The notes: generated by a model not told the origin, from the letters alone. DNA of 64,000 bases from Limosilactobacillus sp. (GCF_022482365.1 NZ_JAKVPE010000001.1:2034176-2098175); one strand, 5' to 3'. Numbered from the stretch's first letter, positions 38,702 to 50,160 are shown. Made by a program: numbers and translations.

Positions 38702-41584
38702 ATGGCAAACGATAAAATTGTGATTCACGGAGCTCGCGCCCATAACCTAAAGAACATCGACGTGACGATTCCGAAGAACAAGCTGGTGGTGATCACCGGG
38801 CTTTCGGGTTCGGGAAAGAGCTCCCTGGCCTTTGACACCCTCTATGCCGAGGGGCAACGGCGGTACGTGGAGAGCCTCTCCGCCTATGCCCGTCAGTTCC
38901 TGGGCCAGATGGACAAGCCCGACGTCGATTCGATCGACGGCCTCTCCCCGGCGATTTCGATCGACCAGAAGACGACCTCACATAACCCGCGGTCGACGGT
39001 CGGCACGGTCACCGAGATCAACGACTTTCTGCGGCTGCTCTGGGCGCGGGCGGGGACGCCAATTTGTCCCAACGACCACATCCCGATCACCAGCCAGTCC
39101 CCGGACCAGATGGTGGACCGAATCCTAAAACTGCCGGAACGGACGCGGCTCCAAGTGCTATCACCGATCGTCCGCGACAAGAAGGGGACCCAGAAGAAGG
39201 TCTTCGACAAGGTCAAGCGGGAGGGCTTCGTCCGGGTTCAGGTCGACGGTGAGACCTATGACCTGGATGAGGTTCCGGAGCTGGACAAGAACAAGAAGCA
39301 CACCGTCAACGTCGTCATCGACCGGATCATCGTCAAGGATGGCATCCGCTCCCGGTTGTTTGAATCCTTCGAGGCAGCGCTGCGTTTGAGCGACGGGTAC
39401 GCCATTGCCGACGTGATTGGCGGCGAGTCAATTCCGTTCTCCGAGAAGTACGCCTGTCCGATCTGTGGCTTTACGGTCGGCGAACTCGAGCCGCGGCTCT
39501 TCTCCTTCAACGCCCCGATTGGTGCCTGCCCGGCCTGCGAGGGCCTCGGCTCCAAGCTCGAGGTCGACGTTGATCTGGTGGTTCCGGACCGGACGAAGAC
39601 CCTGCGTGAGGGAGCCATGGCACCGTGGAACCCAATTTCCTCCCAGTACTACCCGGAGCTGTTGGAACAGTTCTGCCAGTCGGTAGGAATCGACATGGAC
39701 ACGCCGTTCAACAAGCTGCCGAAGAAGCAGCAACAGCAGGTCCTCTACGGCAACGGCGACACGACCTTCCACTTCCACTACGAGAACGACTTCGGTGGCG
39801 TCCGGGACGTCGACGTACCCTTTGAGGGGGTCGTCAACAACATCAGTCGGCGCTATCGGGAGACCAATTCGGACTTCACCCGCGAGCAGATGCGCAAGTA
39901 CATGACCGAGCTGCCCTGCCCAGTCTGCCACGGTTACCGGCTCAACCAGCGGGCCCTGGCGGTCAAGATTGACGGCGAAAACATCGGCGAAGTCTCTGAG
40001 CTGCCGATCAGTAAGGCAATTGAATTCTTCAAGAACGTCAAATTGTCGGAGCAAAACGAGCAGATTGCCCGGCCAATCCTTAAGGAAATCCTCGACCGGC
40101 TGACCTTCATGCAAAACGTCGGGGTCGACTACCTGACGCTCAGCCGGTCGGCCCGGACTCTGTCTGGTGGGGAGGCCCAGCGGATTCGCCTGGCCACCCA
40201 GATCGGTTCGAACCTGTCCGGGGTCATGTACGTCCTGGATGAACCGTCGATCGGGCTGCACCAGCGGGACAACGATCGCCTGATTTCCTCACTGAAGGCG
40301 ATGCGCGACCTTGGCAACACCCTGATCGTCGTCGAGCACGACGAGGACACGATGCGGGCGGCCGACTACATCATCGACATCGGCCCGGGCGCCGGTGAGA
40401 ACGGTGGTAAGGTGATGGCGGCCGGGACGCCAAAGCAGATCATGCGCTCTCGGAAGTCGCTGACCGGGCAGTACCTTTCCGGCAAGAAGATGATCGAGGT
40501 GCCGACTGAGCGGCGGGCCGGCAACGGCAAGCACATCATCCTGAAGGGGGCGGCGGCCAACAATCTCAAGGACATTGACGTCGACTTCCCACTCGGTAAG
40601 TTCATCTGCGTCACCGGGGTTTCCGGCTCCGGCAAGTCGACCCTGGTCAACATGATTCTCAAGCGGGTCCTGGCACAGAAGCTGAACAACAACTCCGCCA
40701 AGCCAGGCAAGTACCGGTCGATCTCGGGCGTGAAGAACATCGAAAAGGTGATCAACATCGACCAGTCACCGATCGGCCGGACGCCGCGGAGCAACCCGGC
40801 CACCTACACCGGGGTCTTCGATGACATCCGGGAGCTCTTCGCCCAGACGAATCAGGCCAAGATGCGCGGCTACACCAAGGGACGGTTTAGTTTCAACGTC
40901 AAGGGCGGTCGCTGCGAGGCCTGTCACGGGGACGGGATCATCAAGATCGAGATGAATTTCCTGCCTGACGTCTACGTGCCGTGCGAGGTTTGTCACGGCA
41001 CCCGCTACAACTCCGAGACCCTAGAGGTTGAATACAAGGGCAAGAACATCGCCGACGTGCTCAACATGACGGTGTCCGAGGCCCTGAAGTTCTTCCACGC
41101 CATCCCAAAGATCCGGCGCAAGCTTCAGACGATTGAGGATGTCGGCCTTGGCTACGTTCACCTGGGCCAGCCGGCGACGACCCTGTCCGGTGGGGAGGCC
41201 CAGCGGATGAAGCTGGCGGCCGAATTACACCGGCAGTCCCACGGCAAGTCCTTCTACATTCTGGACGAACCGACGACCGGGCTGCACATGGACGACATTA
41301 AGCGCCTGCTGGCTGTTCTGCAACGCCTGGTCGACGCCGGGAACACGGTTCTAGTGATTGAGCACGAACTCGACGTGGTCAAATCAGCGGACTGGCTGAT
41401 CGACCTCGGTCCCGAGGGCGGTGAAGGCGGTGGCCAGGTAGTCGCCACCGGGACGCCAGAAGAGGTTGCCCAGGTAAAGGGCAGCTACACTGGCAAGTAC
41501 CTCAAGGAAATGCTGGAACGTGACGAGAAGCGAATGGCTGAGCACGCGGCTAAGAAGGCCAAGCGGTCACGCAAGAAAAAGTAG
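38702..41584 (+). CDS. uvrA: Excinuclease ABC subunit A
   Basis: 960 aa with two ABC modules ([18 protein letters not shown]; LSGGEAQR twice) and zinc-finger Cys clusters. Confidence 0.98.
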   Translation: MANDKIVIHGARAHNLKNIDVTIPKNKLVVITGLSGSGKSSLAFDTLYAEGQRRYVESLSAYARQFLGQMDKPDVDSIDGLSPAISIDQKTTSHNPRSTVGTVTEINDFLRLLWARAGTPICPNDHIPITSQSPDQMVDRILKLPERTRLQVLSPIVRDKKGTQKKVFDKVKREGFVRVQVDGETYDLDEVPELDKNKKHTVNVVIDRIIVKDGIRSRLFESFEAALRLSDGYAIADVIGGESIPFSEKYACPICGFTVGELEPRLFSFNAPIGACPACEGLGSKLEVDVDLVVPDRTKTLREGAMAPWNPISSQYYPELLEQFCQSVGIDMDTPFNKLPKKQQQQVLYGNGDTTFHFHYENDFGGVRDVDVPFEGVVNNISRRYRETNSDFTREQMRKYMTELPCPVCHGYRLNQRALAVKIDGENIGEVSELPISKAIEFFKNVKLSEQNEQIARPILKEILDRLTFMQNVGVDYLTLSRSARTLSGGEAQRIRLATQIGSNLSGVMYVLDEPSIGLHQRDNDRLISSLKAMRDLGNTLIVVEHDEDTMRAADYIIDIGPGAGENGGKVMAAGTPKQIMRSRKSLTGQYLSGKKMIEVPTERRAGNGKHIILKGAAANNLKDIDVDFPLGKFICVTGVSGSGKSTLVNMILKRVLAQKLNNNSAKPGKYRSISGVKNIEKVINIDQSPIGRTPRSNPATYTGVFDDIRELFAQTNQAKMRGYTKGRFSFNVKGGRCEACHGDGIIKIEMNFLPDVYVPCEVCHGTRYNSETLEVEYKGKNIADVLNMTVSEALKFFHAIPKIRRKLQTIEDVGLGYVHLGQPATTLSGGEAQRMKLAAELHRQSHGKSFYILDEPTTGLHMDDIKRLLAVLQRLVDAGNTVLVIEHELDVVKSADWLIDLGPEGGEGGGQVVATGTPEEVAQVKGSYTGKYLKEMLERDEKRMAEHAAKKAKRSRKKK

Positions 41585-41595
41585 GGTAAATAAAA

Positions 41596-41629
41596 AGGAG
41601 ATCAGTGGAATTTCTCATTGGTCTCCTTT
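41596..41629 (+). terminator. Probable terminator after uvrA
   Basis: Stem AGGAGATCA/TGGTCTCCT (one G-U pair) with a short T-tail (TTTA). Confidence 0.5.
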
Positions 41630-41719
41630 AGTGATTTAAAGAGAATTTGCGATTAGTATTGTTATTTGACGATAATGCTTCCAAATAAAGCGTATGCTAG
41701 ATAGCAAGGAAGTGATCGA

Positions 41720-42229
41720 ATGATTTTACTGAGTGCTTGCCTCGCGGGCTTCAACGTTCGCTACGACGGTGGCAACGCCAAGAATGACCTGGCGGCGCAA
41801 CTGGTGGCCCTGGGCCAGGCGGTGACGATCTGCCCCGAGGTAATGGGTGGCATGAGCACGCCCCGGGACCCGGCGGAAATTCAAGGTGGCAACGGTGAGG
41901 ACGTCATTGCCGGCCGGGCCCGGGTGATTAACTGTCGCGGTGTGGACGTTACCAAACAATATCTTCAGGGCGCCCAGCTGGCCCTGTGGATTGCCCGGCG
42001 TTACCACGTTCAGGCGGCCTTTTTGAAGCAGAAAAGCCCAGCCTGCGGAACCCAGCTGATATACGATGGGAGTTTTTCCGGAAATAAGATCGCCGGGGTG
42101 GGCGTGGCAGCGGCCCTCTTGCGACAAGGCGGTATCCAGGTCTTCGGTGAAACGGAGCTCAGTCGTGAACGGGTCCGTCCCTGGGTAGATCCAACGGTTT
42201 GGCCACTGCTGGTAGAAAAGACAAAATAA
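41720..42229 (+). CDS. DUF523 domain protein (TudS/YbbK-like, 2-thiouracil desulfurase family)
   Basis: 169 aa with the SACLAG N-terminus, CPEVMGGMSTPRDPAE and KSPACG motifs typical of DUF523. Confidence 0.75.
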   Translation: MILLSACLAGFNVRYDGGNAKNDLAAQLVALGQAVTICPEVMGGMSTPRDPAEIQGGNGEDVIAGRARVINCRGVDVTKQYLQGAQLALWIARRYHVQAAFLKQKSPACGTQLIYDGSFSGNKIAGVGVAAALLRQGGIQVFGETELSRERVRPWVDPTVWPLLVEKTK

Positions 42230-42293
42230 AGACACACCCGGCTTGATGTGTTACAATACTTGGGTAGTCCTGATAGAGAAGAGAGGAAAATAA

Positions 42294-43163
42294 ATGGCTG
42301 ATTCTATGCAGGTAGTGATTATTACGGGGATGAGCGGGGCCGGTAAGACCGTGGCCGTTCACAGTTTTGAGGACCTTGGCTACTTCGTGATTGACAACAT
42401 GCTACCAAACCTGGCGGAGAAATTCGTCGACGTAATTAAAGATTCGGGCGAGTTCGATAAGGTCGCCATGGTGATGGATCTGCGTTCGCGGGGCTTCCAC
42501 GAGCAGGTCCTGCCGAGCTTAATGAAGCTGCGCCAGCGCAAAGACCTGAGCGTGCGGGTGCTGTTCTTGGACGCGGACAACGTTACCCTGATTTCTCGTT
42601 ACAAAGAAACCCGGCGTTCCCACCCGTTGGCACCGCAGGGACGCCTGCTGGACGGGGTGGAACTCGAACGCAAGCTGCTGACCGAATTAAAGAGCCGGGC
42701 CGACGTGATTATTGATACCACCAAGCTGACGCCGCGCAACCTGAAACTACGGATTAACAAGCTCTTTGGCCACGGCGAGGGCAGCAACTTCTACATTGAA
42801 GTGATGTCCTTTGGCTTCAAGTATGGGTTGCCACTGGATGCCGACATCGTGATGGACGTCCGCTTCCTGCCAAACCCGTTCTACGTTCCAGAATTAAAGC
42901 ACCGGACCGGCAACGATAAGCCAGTCCAGGATTACGTGATGAAGAGCCCGATTGCTCAGGACTTTTACCGGCACCTGATCGCCCTGCTCAAGAGCGCCAT
43001 GCCTGGCTACATCAAGGAAGGCAAGAGCAGTCTGACCGTTGCCATCGGCTGTACCGGTGGGCAGCACCGTTCGGTTACCATTGCTAACCGACTGGCGGGC
43101 GATCTTAAGGAGGCCGGCTACCAGGTTAACCTGGTTCACCGGGACGTGGACAAGGCAAAGTAG
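42294..43163 (+). CDS. rapZ: RNase adapter protein RapZ (YvcJ)
   Basis: 289 aa with Walker A GMSGAGKT and the C-terminal motif [11 protein letters not shown]. Confidence 0.95.
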   Translation: MADSMQVVIITGMSGAGKTVAVHSFEDLGYFVIDNMLPNLAEKFVDVIKDSGEFDKVAMVMDLRSRGFHEQVLPSLMKLRQRKDLSVRVLFLDADNVTLISRYKETRRSHPLAPQGRLLDGVELERKLLTELKSRADVIIDTTKLTPRNLKLRINKLFGHGEGSNFYIEVMSFGFKYGLPLDADIVMDVRFLPNPFYVPELKHRTGNDKPVQDYVMKSPIAQDFYRHLIALLKSAMPGYIKEGKSSLTVAIGCTGGQHRSVTIANRLAGDLKEAGYQVNLVHRDVDKAK

Positions 43164-43178
43164 GAAGGAAGAAGTTTA

Positions 43179-44165
43179 ATGTTTCGAAAACCAAAGATTG
43201 TTGTGATCGGCGGTGGAACCGGCCTGCCAGTCATTTTGCGGGGCCTGCGTGACAAGGACGTCGATGTCACTGCCGTGGTCACGGTTGCTGATGACGGGGG
43301 TTCTTCAGGGATCCTGCGCAACTACATCAACGTGGTGCCACCTGGTGATATTCGAAACGGTCTGGTAGCCCTGTCAGAGCTGCCTAAGCTGGAGCTTGAT
43401 GTCTTCCAGTACCGCTTTAACAGCAACGACCAATTCTTCGCGGGACACGCGATCGGCAACCTGATCATCTCGGCACTTTCGGAGATGCGGGGCGGAATCT
43501 TCACCGCCGTCCAGGAGCTGTCGGAGATGATGAAGATCCGCGGTCACATCTATCCGGTGGCTAACGAGCCACTGACGCTGAATGCCGAATTCATGGACGG
43601 CACCACCCTGAGCGGCGAGTCTGAAATCACGGCGGCTCACAAGCAGATCAAACGGGTCTGGGTGACCCCGACCCACGATGGGGATGGGCACACCACCAAG
43701 CCGGTTCCGGAAGTGATCCAGGCGATCAAAGAGGCCGACCAGATCGTGCTCGGGCCCGGAAGCCTCTTCACCAGTATCCTGCCGAACCTGATGATCAAAG
43801 AGGTCGGCCAAGCCGTCTGCGAGAGCAAGGCCGAGGTCGTCTACATCTGCAACATCATGACGCAGAAGGGCGAGACCGACCACTTCACCGATGCCGACCA
43901 CGTCCGGGTGCTCAACCAGCACCTCGGCCACAACTTTATTGACACGGTCCTGGTCAACATCCGGCCGGTGCCGAAAAACTATATTGACTTTCAGGAATGG
44001 AACGAAATTTCCCAGCCGGTCGGCCATGATTTTCAGGGCTTACGCGACCAGGGCTGCCGGGTGATCAGTTCCAACTTCCTGCGCCTCAAGGATAATGGGG
44101 CCTTTCACGATCGCGATCTGGTAGTGGCGGAGTTGATTAACCGCCTGCACCAGGTCCATGACTAG
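43179..44165 (+). CDS. yvcK: YvcK/GlmR family gluconeogenesis factor (CofD-like, UPF0052)
   Basis: 328 aa with [10 protein letters not shown] and [11 protein letters not shown] motifs. It sits between rapZ and whiA. Confidence 0.93.
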   Translation: MFRKPKIVVIGGGTGLPVILRGLRDKDVDVTAVVTVADDGGSSGILRNYINVVPPGDIRNGLVALSELPKLELDVFQYRFNSNDQFFAGHAIGNLIISALSEMRGGIFTAVQELSEMMKIRGHIYPVANEPLTLNAEFMDGTTLSGESEITAAHKQIKRVWVTPTHDGDGHTTKPVPEVIQAIKEADQIVLGPGSLFTSILPNLMIKEVGQAVCESKAEVVYICNIMTQKGETDHFTDADHVRVLNQHLGHNFIDTVLVNIRPVPKNYIDFQEWNEISQPVGHDFQGLRDQGCRVISSNFLRLKDNGAFHDRDLVVAELINRLHQVHD

Positions 44166-44176
44166 GAGGGATTTTT

Positions 44177-45115
44177 GTGTCGTACGCGAGTGATGTCAAA
44201 AAGGAATTAACCGCCATCAAGGTTCACCAAGACAATGCCAAGGCGGAACTGATGGCCCTGATCCGGATGAACGGGAGCATTGGCCTGGGAAATGGGGGAC
44301 TCGTCCTCAACATTCAAACCGAAAACCCAGCCATCGCCCGGCGGATCTATTCCCTGCTCAAGGAGTTCTACCACGTCGAGAGTGAGATCGTGGTGCGGCG
44401 CAAGATGAAGCTGAAGAAGAACAACCAGTACATCGTTCGGCTGCGCAATTCGGCCCAGCACGTCCTCGACGACCTGGGGATCTTACAGAATCTCCAGATC
44501 AAGGAACGGGTGCCGCTGGAACTGCTAAAGGACGAGTGGATGGTCCGCTCCTACCTGCGGGGGGCTTTCTTGGCCGGTGGTTCGGTCAATAATCCGGAAA
44601 CGTCGCGCTACCATCTCGAGATCTATTCCCTGTACGAGGAACACAATGAGATGATTGCCCAGATGATGAACAAATTCGGCCTCAACGCTCAGACGACGGC
44701 CCGGCGCAGTGGCTTCATCGTCTACCTGAAGGAGGCCGAGAAGATCGCCGACTTTATGTCGCTGATCGGGGCGACGAACTCGATGCTTCAGTTTGAAAAT
44801 GTCCGGATCGTTCGCGACATGCGTAATTCGGTCAACCGGCTGGTCAACTGCGAGAATGCCAACATGAACAAGATCGCCAACGCTTCGACCAGGCAGATCG
44901 AAAACATCCGCCTGATTGAATCGCGGGTTGGCCTGCAAAGCCTGCCTGATAAGCTGCGGGAGATCGCTGAGACCCGGCTGGCCCACCAAGAGGTCAGCCT
45001 CAAGGAACTTGGTGAATTGGTTCCGGGCGGGCCAATCTCGAAGTCGGGGGTCAACCACCGCCTGCGCAAGCTCAACGCCTACGCCGACGAGCTGCGAATG
45101 GGCAAAGCTGAATAA
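44177..45115 (+). CDS. whiA: DNA-binding protein WhiA
   Basis: 312 aa from a GTG start. It begins [10 protein letters not shown], has a LAGLIDADG-like middle domain and a C-terminal HTH ([22 protein letters not shown]). Confidence 0.94.
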   Translation: MSYASDVKKELTAIKVHQDNAKAELMALIRMNGSIGLGNGGLVLNIQTENPAIARRIYSLLKEFYHVESEIVVRRKMKLKKNNQYIVRLRNSAQHVLDDLGILQNLQIKERVPLELLKDEWMVRSYLRGAFLAGGSVNNPETSRYHLEIYSLYEEHNEMIAQMMNKFGLNAQTTARRSGFIVYLKEAEKIADFMSLIGATNSMLQFENVRIVRDMRNSVNRLVNCENANMNKIANASTRQIENIRLIESRVGLQSLPDKLREIAETRLAHQEVSLKELGELVPGGPISKSGVNHRLRKLNAYADELRMGKAE

Positions 45116-45120
45116 ACTAA

Positions 45121-45153
45121 AAGGGTGCAACCGTTGCTGGCTGCACCTTTTTT
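45121..45153 (+). terminator. Rho-independent terminator after whiA
   Basis: Stem GGTGCA/TGCACC, extended by flanking pairs, followed by T6. Confidence 0.65.
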
Positions 45154-45157
45154 GATA

Positions 45158-45196
45158 GAAAAAAAGCGTTTCGACTCGCTAAGGAATCGAAACGCT
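45158..45196 (-). terminator. Rho-independent terminator after clpP
   Basis: On the minus strand, the stem AGCGTTTCGA/TCGAAACGCT is followed by T7. Confidence 0.8.
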
Positions 45197-45211
45197 TTTC
45201 ATTGATAGTGA

Positions 45212-45805
45212 TTACTTCAGCTTGGAGTTGTTTTCCATTACTCCGTCAAGCAGGCCGTAATCAACGGCTTCCTGAGCGGTGAAGTAGTGGTCACGCTCCG
45301 TATCGTGCTGAATCTGCTCCAGGGATTGTCCAGAATTCTTGGCAAGGATGCCGTTCAGCATCTTCCGCGTCTTCAGGATTTCCGTGGCAGCAATTTCAAT
45401 TTCGGTTTGTTGACCCTGAGCACCACCAGATGGCTGGTGAATCAGAACCTGGGAGTGTGGCAGACCGAACCGCTTGCCCTTGGTACCGGATGATACCAGG
45501 ACACTGGCCATTGATGCGGCCATCCCGATTACGATCGTCTGCACGTCGGACTTGATGAAGTTCATCGTGTCGTAGATCGCCATCCCAGAGGTAACAACAC
45601 CACCAGGAGAGTTAATGTATAAGTAAATGTCTTTGGTTGAGTCTTGCGCATCCAAGAATAACAGTTGCGCAACAATGGAATTAGCCATGTCGTCATTGAT
45701 TGGACCAGACAGCATAATGATCCGGTCCTTCAGAAGCCGTGAGTAAATGTCGTAAGCACGTTCGCCACGTGATGACTGCTCGACGACTGTTGGAACTAAG
45801 TTCAT
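45212..45805 (-). CDS. clpP: ATP-dependent Clp protease proteolytic subunit
   Basis: 197 aa beginning [25 protein letters not shown], with catalytic Ser (GMAASMAS) and His (IHQPSGG) blocks. Confidence 0.98.
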   Translation of the reverse strand: MNLVPTVVEQSSRGERAYDIYSRLLKDRIIMLSGPINDDMANSIVAQLLFLDAQDSTKDIYLYINSPGGVVTSGMAIYDTMNFIKSDVQTIVIGMAASMASVLVSSGTKGKRFGLPHSQVLIHQPSGGAQGQQTEIEIAATEILKTRKMLNGILAKNSGQSLEQIQHDTERDHYFTAQEAVDYGLLDGVMENNSKLK

Positions 45806-45864
45806 AGTGTGGCCTCCTTACTTAAATTAGCACACGTTAGCTGGTATTGCTAACGGATATTAAT

Positions 45865-45893
45865 ACTATAACCGATTGGTCAAAAAAGGTCAA
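45865..45893 (-). promoter_or_regulatory. Putative sigma-A promoter of clpP
   Basis: Minus strand: TTGACC, 17-nt spacer, TATAGT. The -35 and spacer are covered by the CtsR box. Confidence 0.65.
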
Positions 45894-45894
45894 A
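45878..45894. promoter_or_regulatory. CtsR operator
   Basis: GGTCAAA-AAA-GGTCAAA is a perfect heptad direct repeat matching the CtsR box, and it overlaps the clpP promoter. Confidence 0.88.
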
Positions 45895-45914
45895 TGATTT
45901 ATCTCTTTTAAATT

Positions 45915-45952
45915 AAAAAACAGCAACGACCGGGAATTGCCGATCGCTGCTG
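45915..45952 (-). terminator. Rho-independent terminator after the 38-aa ORF
   Basis: The minus-strand RNA forms a 13-bp stem, CAGCAGCGATCGG/CCGGTCGTTGCTG (two G-U pairs that exist only on the minus-strand transcript), followed by T6. Confidence 0.7.
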
Positions 45953-45985
45953 GGGGAGTAGTCAGAAGTTGTCAAGATAAGAGAT

Positions 45986-46102
45986 TTACTTTTCGTTCAG
46001 GTTTTCGGCGAGCATGTCCAGCTCAGCGGCAGCGCTCTGCTGGTCCAGTTCCTTCCAATCTGCAGCGGTCTTGAATACGTTTAATTTACTAGTGTCTTCC
46101 AT
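45986..46102 (-). CDS. Small acidic hypothetical protein (38 aa)
   Basis: MEDTSKLNVFKTAADWKELDQQSAAAELDMLAENLNEK. AGGAGG lies 8 nt upstream of the ATG and its own terminator lies downstream. It falls below the 60-aa ORF-track cutoff. Confidence 0.5.
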   Translation of the reverse strand: MEDTSKLNVFKTAADWKELDQQSAAAELDMLAENLNEK

Positions 46103-46395
46103 GATGAATACCTCCTGTGATAGATGTTAGCTTTTATTTTTTATAAATTAATTAGTAGCTCCTTAGGACACTTATAATGTACCGCATATTGGTCTGATTT
46201 GCAAGTGCCTATTTAACAATATTTGTAAAGGGTTTTCATAAATTGGTCTAGTCAGGAACCCTGAGAACACGACTGGGGCGATTGGTAACGTTTATCAATT
46301 TGAAGTAAAAAGTAAAAATAAATTTGCTTTTTTACCTATTGAAAAGTTGGTAACGAGCGCCCAATTAAATTCGCGGGGCGAAATTTAGCCAAGGC

Positions 46396-46424
46396 TTGCT
46401 TTTTGGGACGGGGCCCGGTATAAT
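46396..46424 (+). promoter_or_regulatory. Putative sigma-A promoter of the 43-aa ORF
   Basis: TTGCTT (46396-46401), 17-nt spacer, TATAAT (46419-46424). Confidence 0.55.
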
Positions 46425-46471
46425 TGGAACGTTAATTATTTTACGTTTGATATTAAAGGAGGCATAGATTC

Positions 46472-46603
46472 ATGCGTAAAGCACACCCATACGGCGTTCA
46501 AGGCCGTCGCCCAGTTGCTCCTAAGTACAAGCGAGCATTAAAAGAAAAGAAGATCGAAGCTATTCGTAAGTGGGCTAAGGAAAAGCCAGCAGACGAAAAG
46601 TAA
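46472..46603 (+). CDS. Small basic hypothetical protein (43 aa)
   Basis: MRKAHPYGVQGRRPVAPKYKRALKEKKIEAIRKWAKEKPADEK. AAAGGAGG lies upstream and a strong terminator follows immediately. It falls below the ORF-track cutoff. Confidence 0.55.
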   Translation: MRKAHPYGVQGRRPVAPKYKRALKEKKIEAIRKWAKEKPADEK

Positions 46604-46616
46604 TTCGTTAATGAAA

Positions 46617-46648
46617 GAGAGCTGCCAGCGATTGGCAGCTCTTTTTTT
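46617..46648 (+). terminator. Rho-independent terminator after the 43-aa ORF
   Basis: Stem GAGCTGCCA/TGGCAGCTC followed by T7. It lies inside the 5' part of track ORF 46611..47213, which argues for the later start at 46668. Confidence 0.8.
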
Positions 46649-46667
46649 ACAGAGAAGGACGATAACA

Positions 46668-47213
46668 ATGGAAGCTTTGATGAAAAGGGCGACAACCTGG
46701 TCGGGGATTGGCCTGCTTATGTTGACGATTCTCTACCTGATTTTCCCTCAAAAAATTTTGTTGAGCCTCGTGCTGACCTTTTTGGTAACATTCTATCAAC
46801 TAGGGATGCGGCTGGTTGTTGGCAACGTAATTGAACCACGATTAAAGCTTGATCAGGATTGTCGCTGGTTCAGGGTGACGGCGGGCGAGCAGCGTCTTTA
46901 CCGCTTGCTGAAAGTAAGGAAGTGGAAAAGCTTTCTGCCAACCTATTCGCCAGAAAAATACGACCTGCGCCGGCGTTCACTGCCTCAGCTTATCCAAACG
47001 ATGATCGCCGCGGAGTTTGACCACGAATTGATGTTTATCTTAACCTATTTGCCCCTGATCCTGATTGTACCGTTTGGTGATCCGGCAATCTTTATCAGCA
47101 CGTCCGTCATCGTGAGCCTGATTGAACTGCCCTTCATCATTCTCCAGCGCTATAATCGAGCACGGCTGCAGAGGCTGCTTCGGCGCCGGGAGCGGCGTCA
47201 GCGGATGAAATGA
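46668..47213 (+). CDS. Hypothetical membrane protein (about 181 aa, 4 TM segments; faint resemblance to glycosyl-diaponeurosporenoate acyltransferase-type proteins)
   Basis: ATG at 46668 (MEALMKRATTW) after AGAAGGA. It has hydrophobic helices and a KVRKWKSFLP motif. The family assignment is tentative. Confidence 0.5.
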   Translation: MEALMKRATTWSGIGLLMLTILYLIFPQKILLSLVLTFLVTFYQLGMRLVVGNVIEPRLKLDQDCRWFRVTAGEQRLYRLLKVRKWKSFLPTYSPEKYDLRRRSLPQLIQTMIAAEFDHELMFILTYLPLILIVPFGDPAIFISTSVIVSLIELPFIILQRYNRARLQRLLRRRERRQRMK

Positions 47214-47267
47214 AAATCAAAAAACGCAAAGGCCTAGTTTTCACCGGCCTTTGCGTTTTTAATTCTA

Positions 47268-48032
47268 TTATTTGTAAATCAATCCGCCATCAACGACAAT
47301 CGCCTGACCATTTACGTAATTGGCTTTGTCACTTGCCAAGAATGAGACCACGTTGGCGATGTCTTCCGGTTGGGCAGGACGCCGCAGAGCAACTTCAGCG
47401 CTCTTTTGCTTCTCCAGCTCATCCGGCGAGATATGAAGCTGTTGGCTGTAATTCTTCACGATTTGCTTCATCATCGGTGTCATCGTGTAGCCTGGGCAAT
47501 AGCAATTAGTCGTGATGCCGTATTTGCCAAATTCACGGGCCGCTGCTTGGGTTAGCGAACGAACGGCGAATTTAGTGGCGGAATAGCCACCGTGGTTTGG
47601 AGAAACCTTGTAGCCACCGACTGATGAGGCGTTGATGATCTTGCCGGGAGTTCCCTGCTTAATGTACTGCGTTGCCGCTGCCTGGATGCCAAAGAGGACC
47701 CCCTTCATGTTGACGGCAATCAACTGATCAAATTCTTCCGCCGTCATTTCGAGCAGAGGGTATTCTTTCGAGATCCCGGCATTATTGATCATTACATCCA
47801 GCTGGCCGAACTCACCAACGGTTTGACTAACTAAACTATCGACGTCCTCTTTTTTGGAAACGTCCGCTTGAAAAGCTTTAACCTGATTGTCGGCAAATTG
47901 ACTAGCGAATTGTTCTGCGTCCGCCAAGTTATAATCGCCAATTGCAACTTGAAATCCGTCAGCCACTAATTGACGAACAATTGAAGCACCAATGCCCTTG
48001 GCACCGCCAGTAACGATTGCAACTTTCTTCAT
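47268..48032 (-). CDS. SDR-family oxidoreductase, acetoin/diacetyl reductase-like
   Basis: The start was moved to MKKVAIVTGGAKGIG (cofactor motif TGxxxGIG). It has NNAG and the catalytic YSATK. Confidence 0.85.
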   Translation of the reverse strand: MKKVAIVTGGAKGIGASIVRQLVADGFQVAIGDYNLADAEQFASQFADNQVKAFQADVSKKEDVDSLVSQTVGEFGQLDVMINNAGISKEYPLLEMTAEEFDQLIAVNMKGVLFGIQAAATQYIKQGTPGKIINASSVGGYKVSPNHGGYSATKFAVRSLTQAAAREFGKYGITTNCYCPGYTMTPMMKQIVKNYSQQLHISPDELEKQKSAEVALRRPAQPEDIANVVSFLASDKANYVNGQAIVVDGGLIYK

Positions 48033-48118
48033 GAAAATCATCCCTTCATCATTTGATGACTTAATCGTAGCCAAAAGATAAAGAGAGGGCGTTACAACTT
48101 TGGCTCTAACTGTAACCC

Positions 48119-48685
48119 TCAGAGGGCGGCGATGATTCTTCCGAGCTGGCGGTCGTAGTGGTCGGCCTGTTCGAGCGTAATTGGGGTGTTGTTGGCAAGC
48201 GTGTAGGTAAAGACCGTGATCAGGTAGCTAGCAATGATCTCGAGGTCCAGATCGGAAAAATAGTGTTCGCGGAAATAATGGTACTTGATACTGACCTTGT
48301 ACTTGTGAATAAAGGTGGGGGAGGGGTTAGTAACCAAAAAGGCCTTAAATGTTTCCCGGTTGGCCTGCAAAAAATTCCGCATCTTCTTTAGGTAGTGGGG
48401 ATAGGAGGGATTAGCAAAGTCAAAGAACTTGAGCTGATAGCTTACGTGAAGCAAGTTGGCAACAAAATTGCTCTCCAAAACCTCCTTAATTTCCCACGTA
48501 TTACTAAAGTAGCGGTAGAAAGTGGGCCGAGAAACCTGAGCGTGCCGGCAAATCGCGGTGATCGAAATATGCTCAAAGTCCATTCGCTGGTACAAGTAGA
48601 GGAAAGACTTGCTGATGGCCTGCTCAGTTGAATTGAGGGGAACAGCATGACACAGCTGGGATTGGTAAGGATTGTTCATCGCCAT
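48119..48685 (-). CDS. TetR/AcrR family transcriptional regulator
   Basis: 188 aa with an N-terminal HTH (ISITAICRHAQVSRPTFYRYFSN). Confidence 0.8.
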   Translation of the reverse strand: MAMNNPYQSQLCHAVPLNSTEQAISKSFLYLYQRMDFEHISITAICRHAQVSRPTFYRYFSNTWEIKEVLESNFVANLLHVSYQLKFFDFANPSYPHYLKKMRNFLQANRETFKAFLVTNPSPTFIHKYKVSIKYHYFREHYFSDLDLEIIASYLITVFTYTLANNTPITLEQADHYDRQLGRIIAAL

Positions 48686-48761
48686 GAATGCCTCCTAAAT
48701 GCTTATAAAAAAATAAACAGGGCACTGGACAAACCTGTCACAGCACCCTGCAAATAAAAAA

Positions 48762-48833
48762 TGCGCCCCCCGGGAGTCGAACCCGGATCTCGAGAACCGG
48801 AATCTCACGTGCGATCCATTACACTAAGGGCGC
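48762..48833 (-). tRNA. tRNA-Arg (anticodon CCG)
   Basis: The reverse complement GCGCCCTTAGTGTAATGGATCGCACGTGAGATTCCGGTTCTCGAGATCCGGGTTCGACTCCCGGGGGGCGCA folds as a cloverleaf. It has a 7-bp acceptor stem, a GTGT/GCAC D stem, anticodon loop TTCCGGT and T arm CCGGG-TTCGACT-CCCGG. CCA is not encoded. Confidence 0.9.
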
Positions 48834-49146
48834 AGAGCTGATTTACTTTGTGTTGAATCAATCAACGTCTATTATAATATCCTAATTCTTGCCCTAATGC
48901 AACTATTATTTGAACTTTTTAATCAAGATAACGTTTTCACAAGAAAATGCAAAATTTCTAGGGCGATTGAATAGACTTTTGCCCGCAAGGTGAGTATTAT
49001 AAGACTCGTAAGGTTTGTATCTTGCTTAGACTTACCAGATTGTTCTGGCCAGTTAGAACCAGTCTAATTGATTGGCGCAAAAGCCGGAATGTGATAAACT
49101 AAGCATGTGCACTAACTATGTTTTTCCTAAAGGAGGAAATTGCAGT

Positions 49147-50160
49147 ATGACTGTAAAGATTGGTATTAATGGTTTCGGCCGTATTGGTCGTTTGGCATTC
49201 CGTCGTATTCACGAACTCAACACTGATGACATCGAAGTTGTTGCTATCAACGACTTGACTTCACCAGAAATGTTGGCTTACTTACTGAAGTACGACTCCA
49301 CCCAGGGTCGTTTTGATGCTGAAGTTTCATCAAACGACAAGGGCATCGTCGTTGACGGTAAGGAATACCCTGTATACGCAGAACGTGACGCACGTAACAT
49401 TCCTTGGGTAAAGAACGACGGTGTCGACTTTGTTCTTGAATGTACTGGTTTCTACACTTCTGCTGAAAAGTCACAAGCTCACCTGGACGCTGGCGCAAAG
49501 CGTGTCCTGATTTCCGCACCTGCCGGCAACATCCCAACTGTTGTTCCTGGTGTTAACCTGGACACTCTGAAGGCTGACGACAAGATCGTTTCCGCCGGTT
49601 CATGCACCACGAGCTGCCTGGCACCAATGGCATACTTCCTGAACAAGAACTTCGGTATCAAGGTTGGTACCATGACTACTGTTCACGCCTACACTGGTTC
49701 CCAAGCCGTTCTTGACCAACCACGGGGCAAGAAGTTCCGTAACAACCGTGCTGCCGCTGTGAACACTATTCCTCACTCTTCAGGTGCTGCTAAGGCTATT
49801 GGCCTGGTTATCCCTGAACTGAACGGTAAGCTTTCCGGTCACGCACAACGTGTTGCCGTTCCTACTGGTTCATTAACTGAACTTGTTACTGTTATGGACA
49901 AGAAGGTTACGGTCGACGAAGTTAACGACGTTATGAAGAAGGCTGCTGAAAACAACCCAGCATATGGTTACACTGAAGACCCAATCGTTTCATCCGACAT
50001 CATCGGCTCAACCTTTGGTTCTGTCTTTGACCCATCCCAGACTGAAATCATGGAAGGCGAAGACGGCACTCAATTAGTTAAGACCGTTGCTTGGTACGAC
50101 AACGAAAACGGCTTCACTTGCAACATGATTCGGACTCTGCTTCACTTTGCAAATCTGTAA
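49147..50160 (+). CDS. gap: Glyceraldehyde-3-phosphate dehydrogenase
   Basis: The start was moved to [18 protein letters not shown] after AAAGGAGGA. It has the catalytic SCTTSCLAP. Confidence 0.97.
   Translation: MTVKIGINGFGRIGRLAFRRIHELNTDDIEVVAINDLTSPEMLAYLLKYDSTQGRFDAEVSSNDKGIVVDGKEYPVYAERDARNIPWVKNDGVDFVLECTGFYTSAEKSQAHLDAGAKRVLISAPAGNIPTVVPGVNLDTLKADDKIVSAGSCTTSCLAPMAYFLNKNFGIKVGTMTTVHAYTGSQAVLDQPRGKKFRNNRAAAVNTIPHSSGAAKAIGLVIPELNGKLSGHAQRVAVPTGSLTELVTVMDKKVTVDEVNDVMKKAAENNPAYGYTEDPIVSSDIIGSTFGSVFDPSQTEIMEGEDGTQLVKTVAWYDNENGFTCNMIRTLLHFANL

Noticed and set aside
48900-49146. Structured leader or cre site upstream of gap
   Set aside because: Only short, weak palindromes are present (CCAG-ATTGTT-CTGG, CTGGCCAG), and no element has a central CG cre core. 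The evidence is insufficient for a call.
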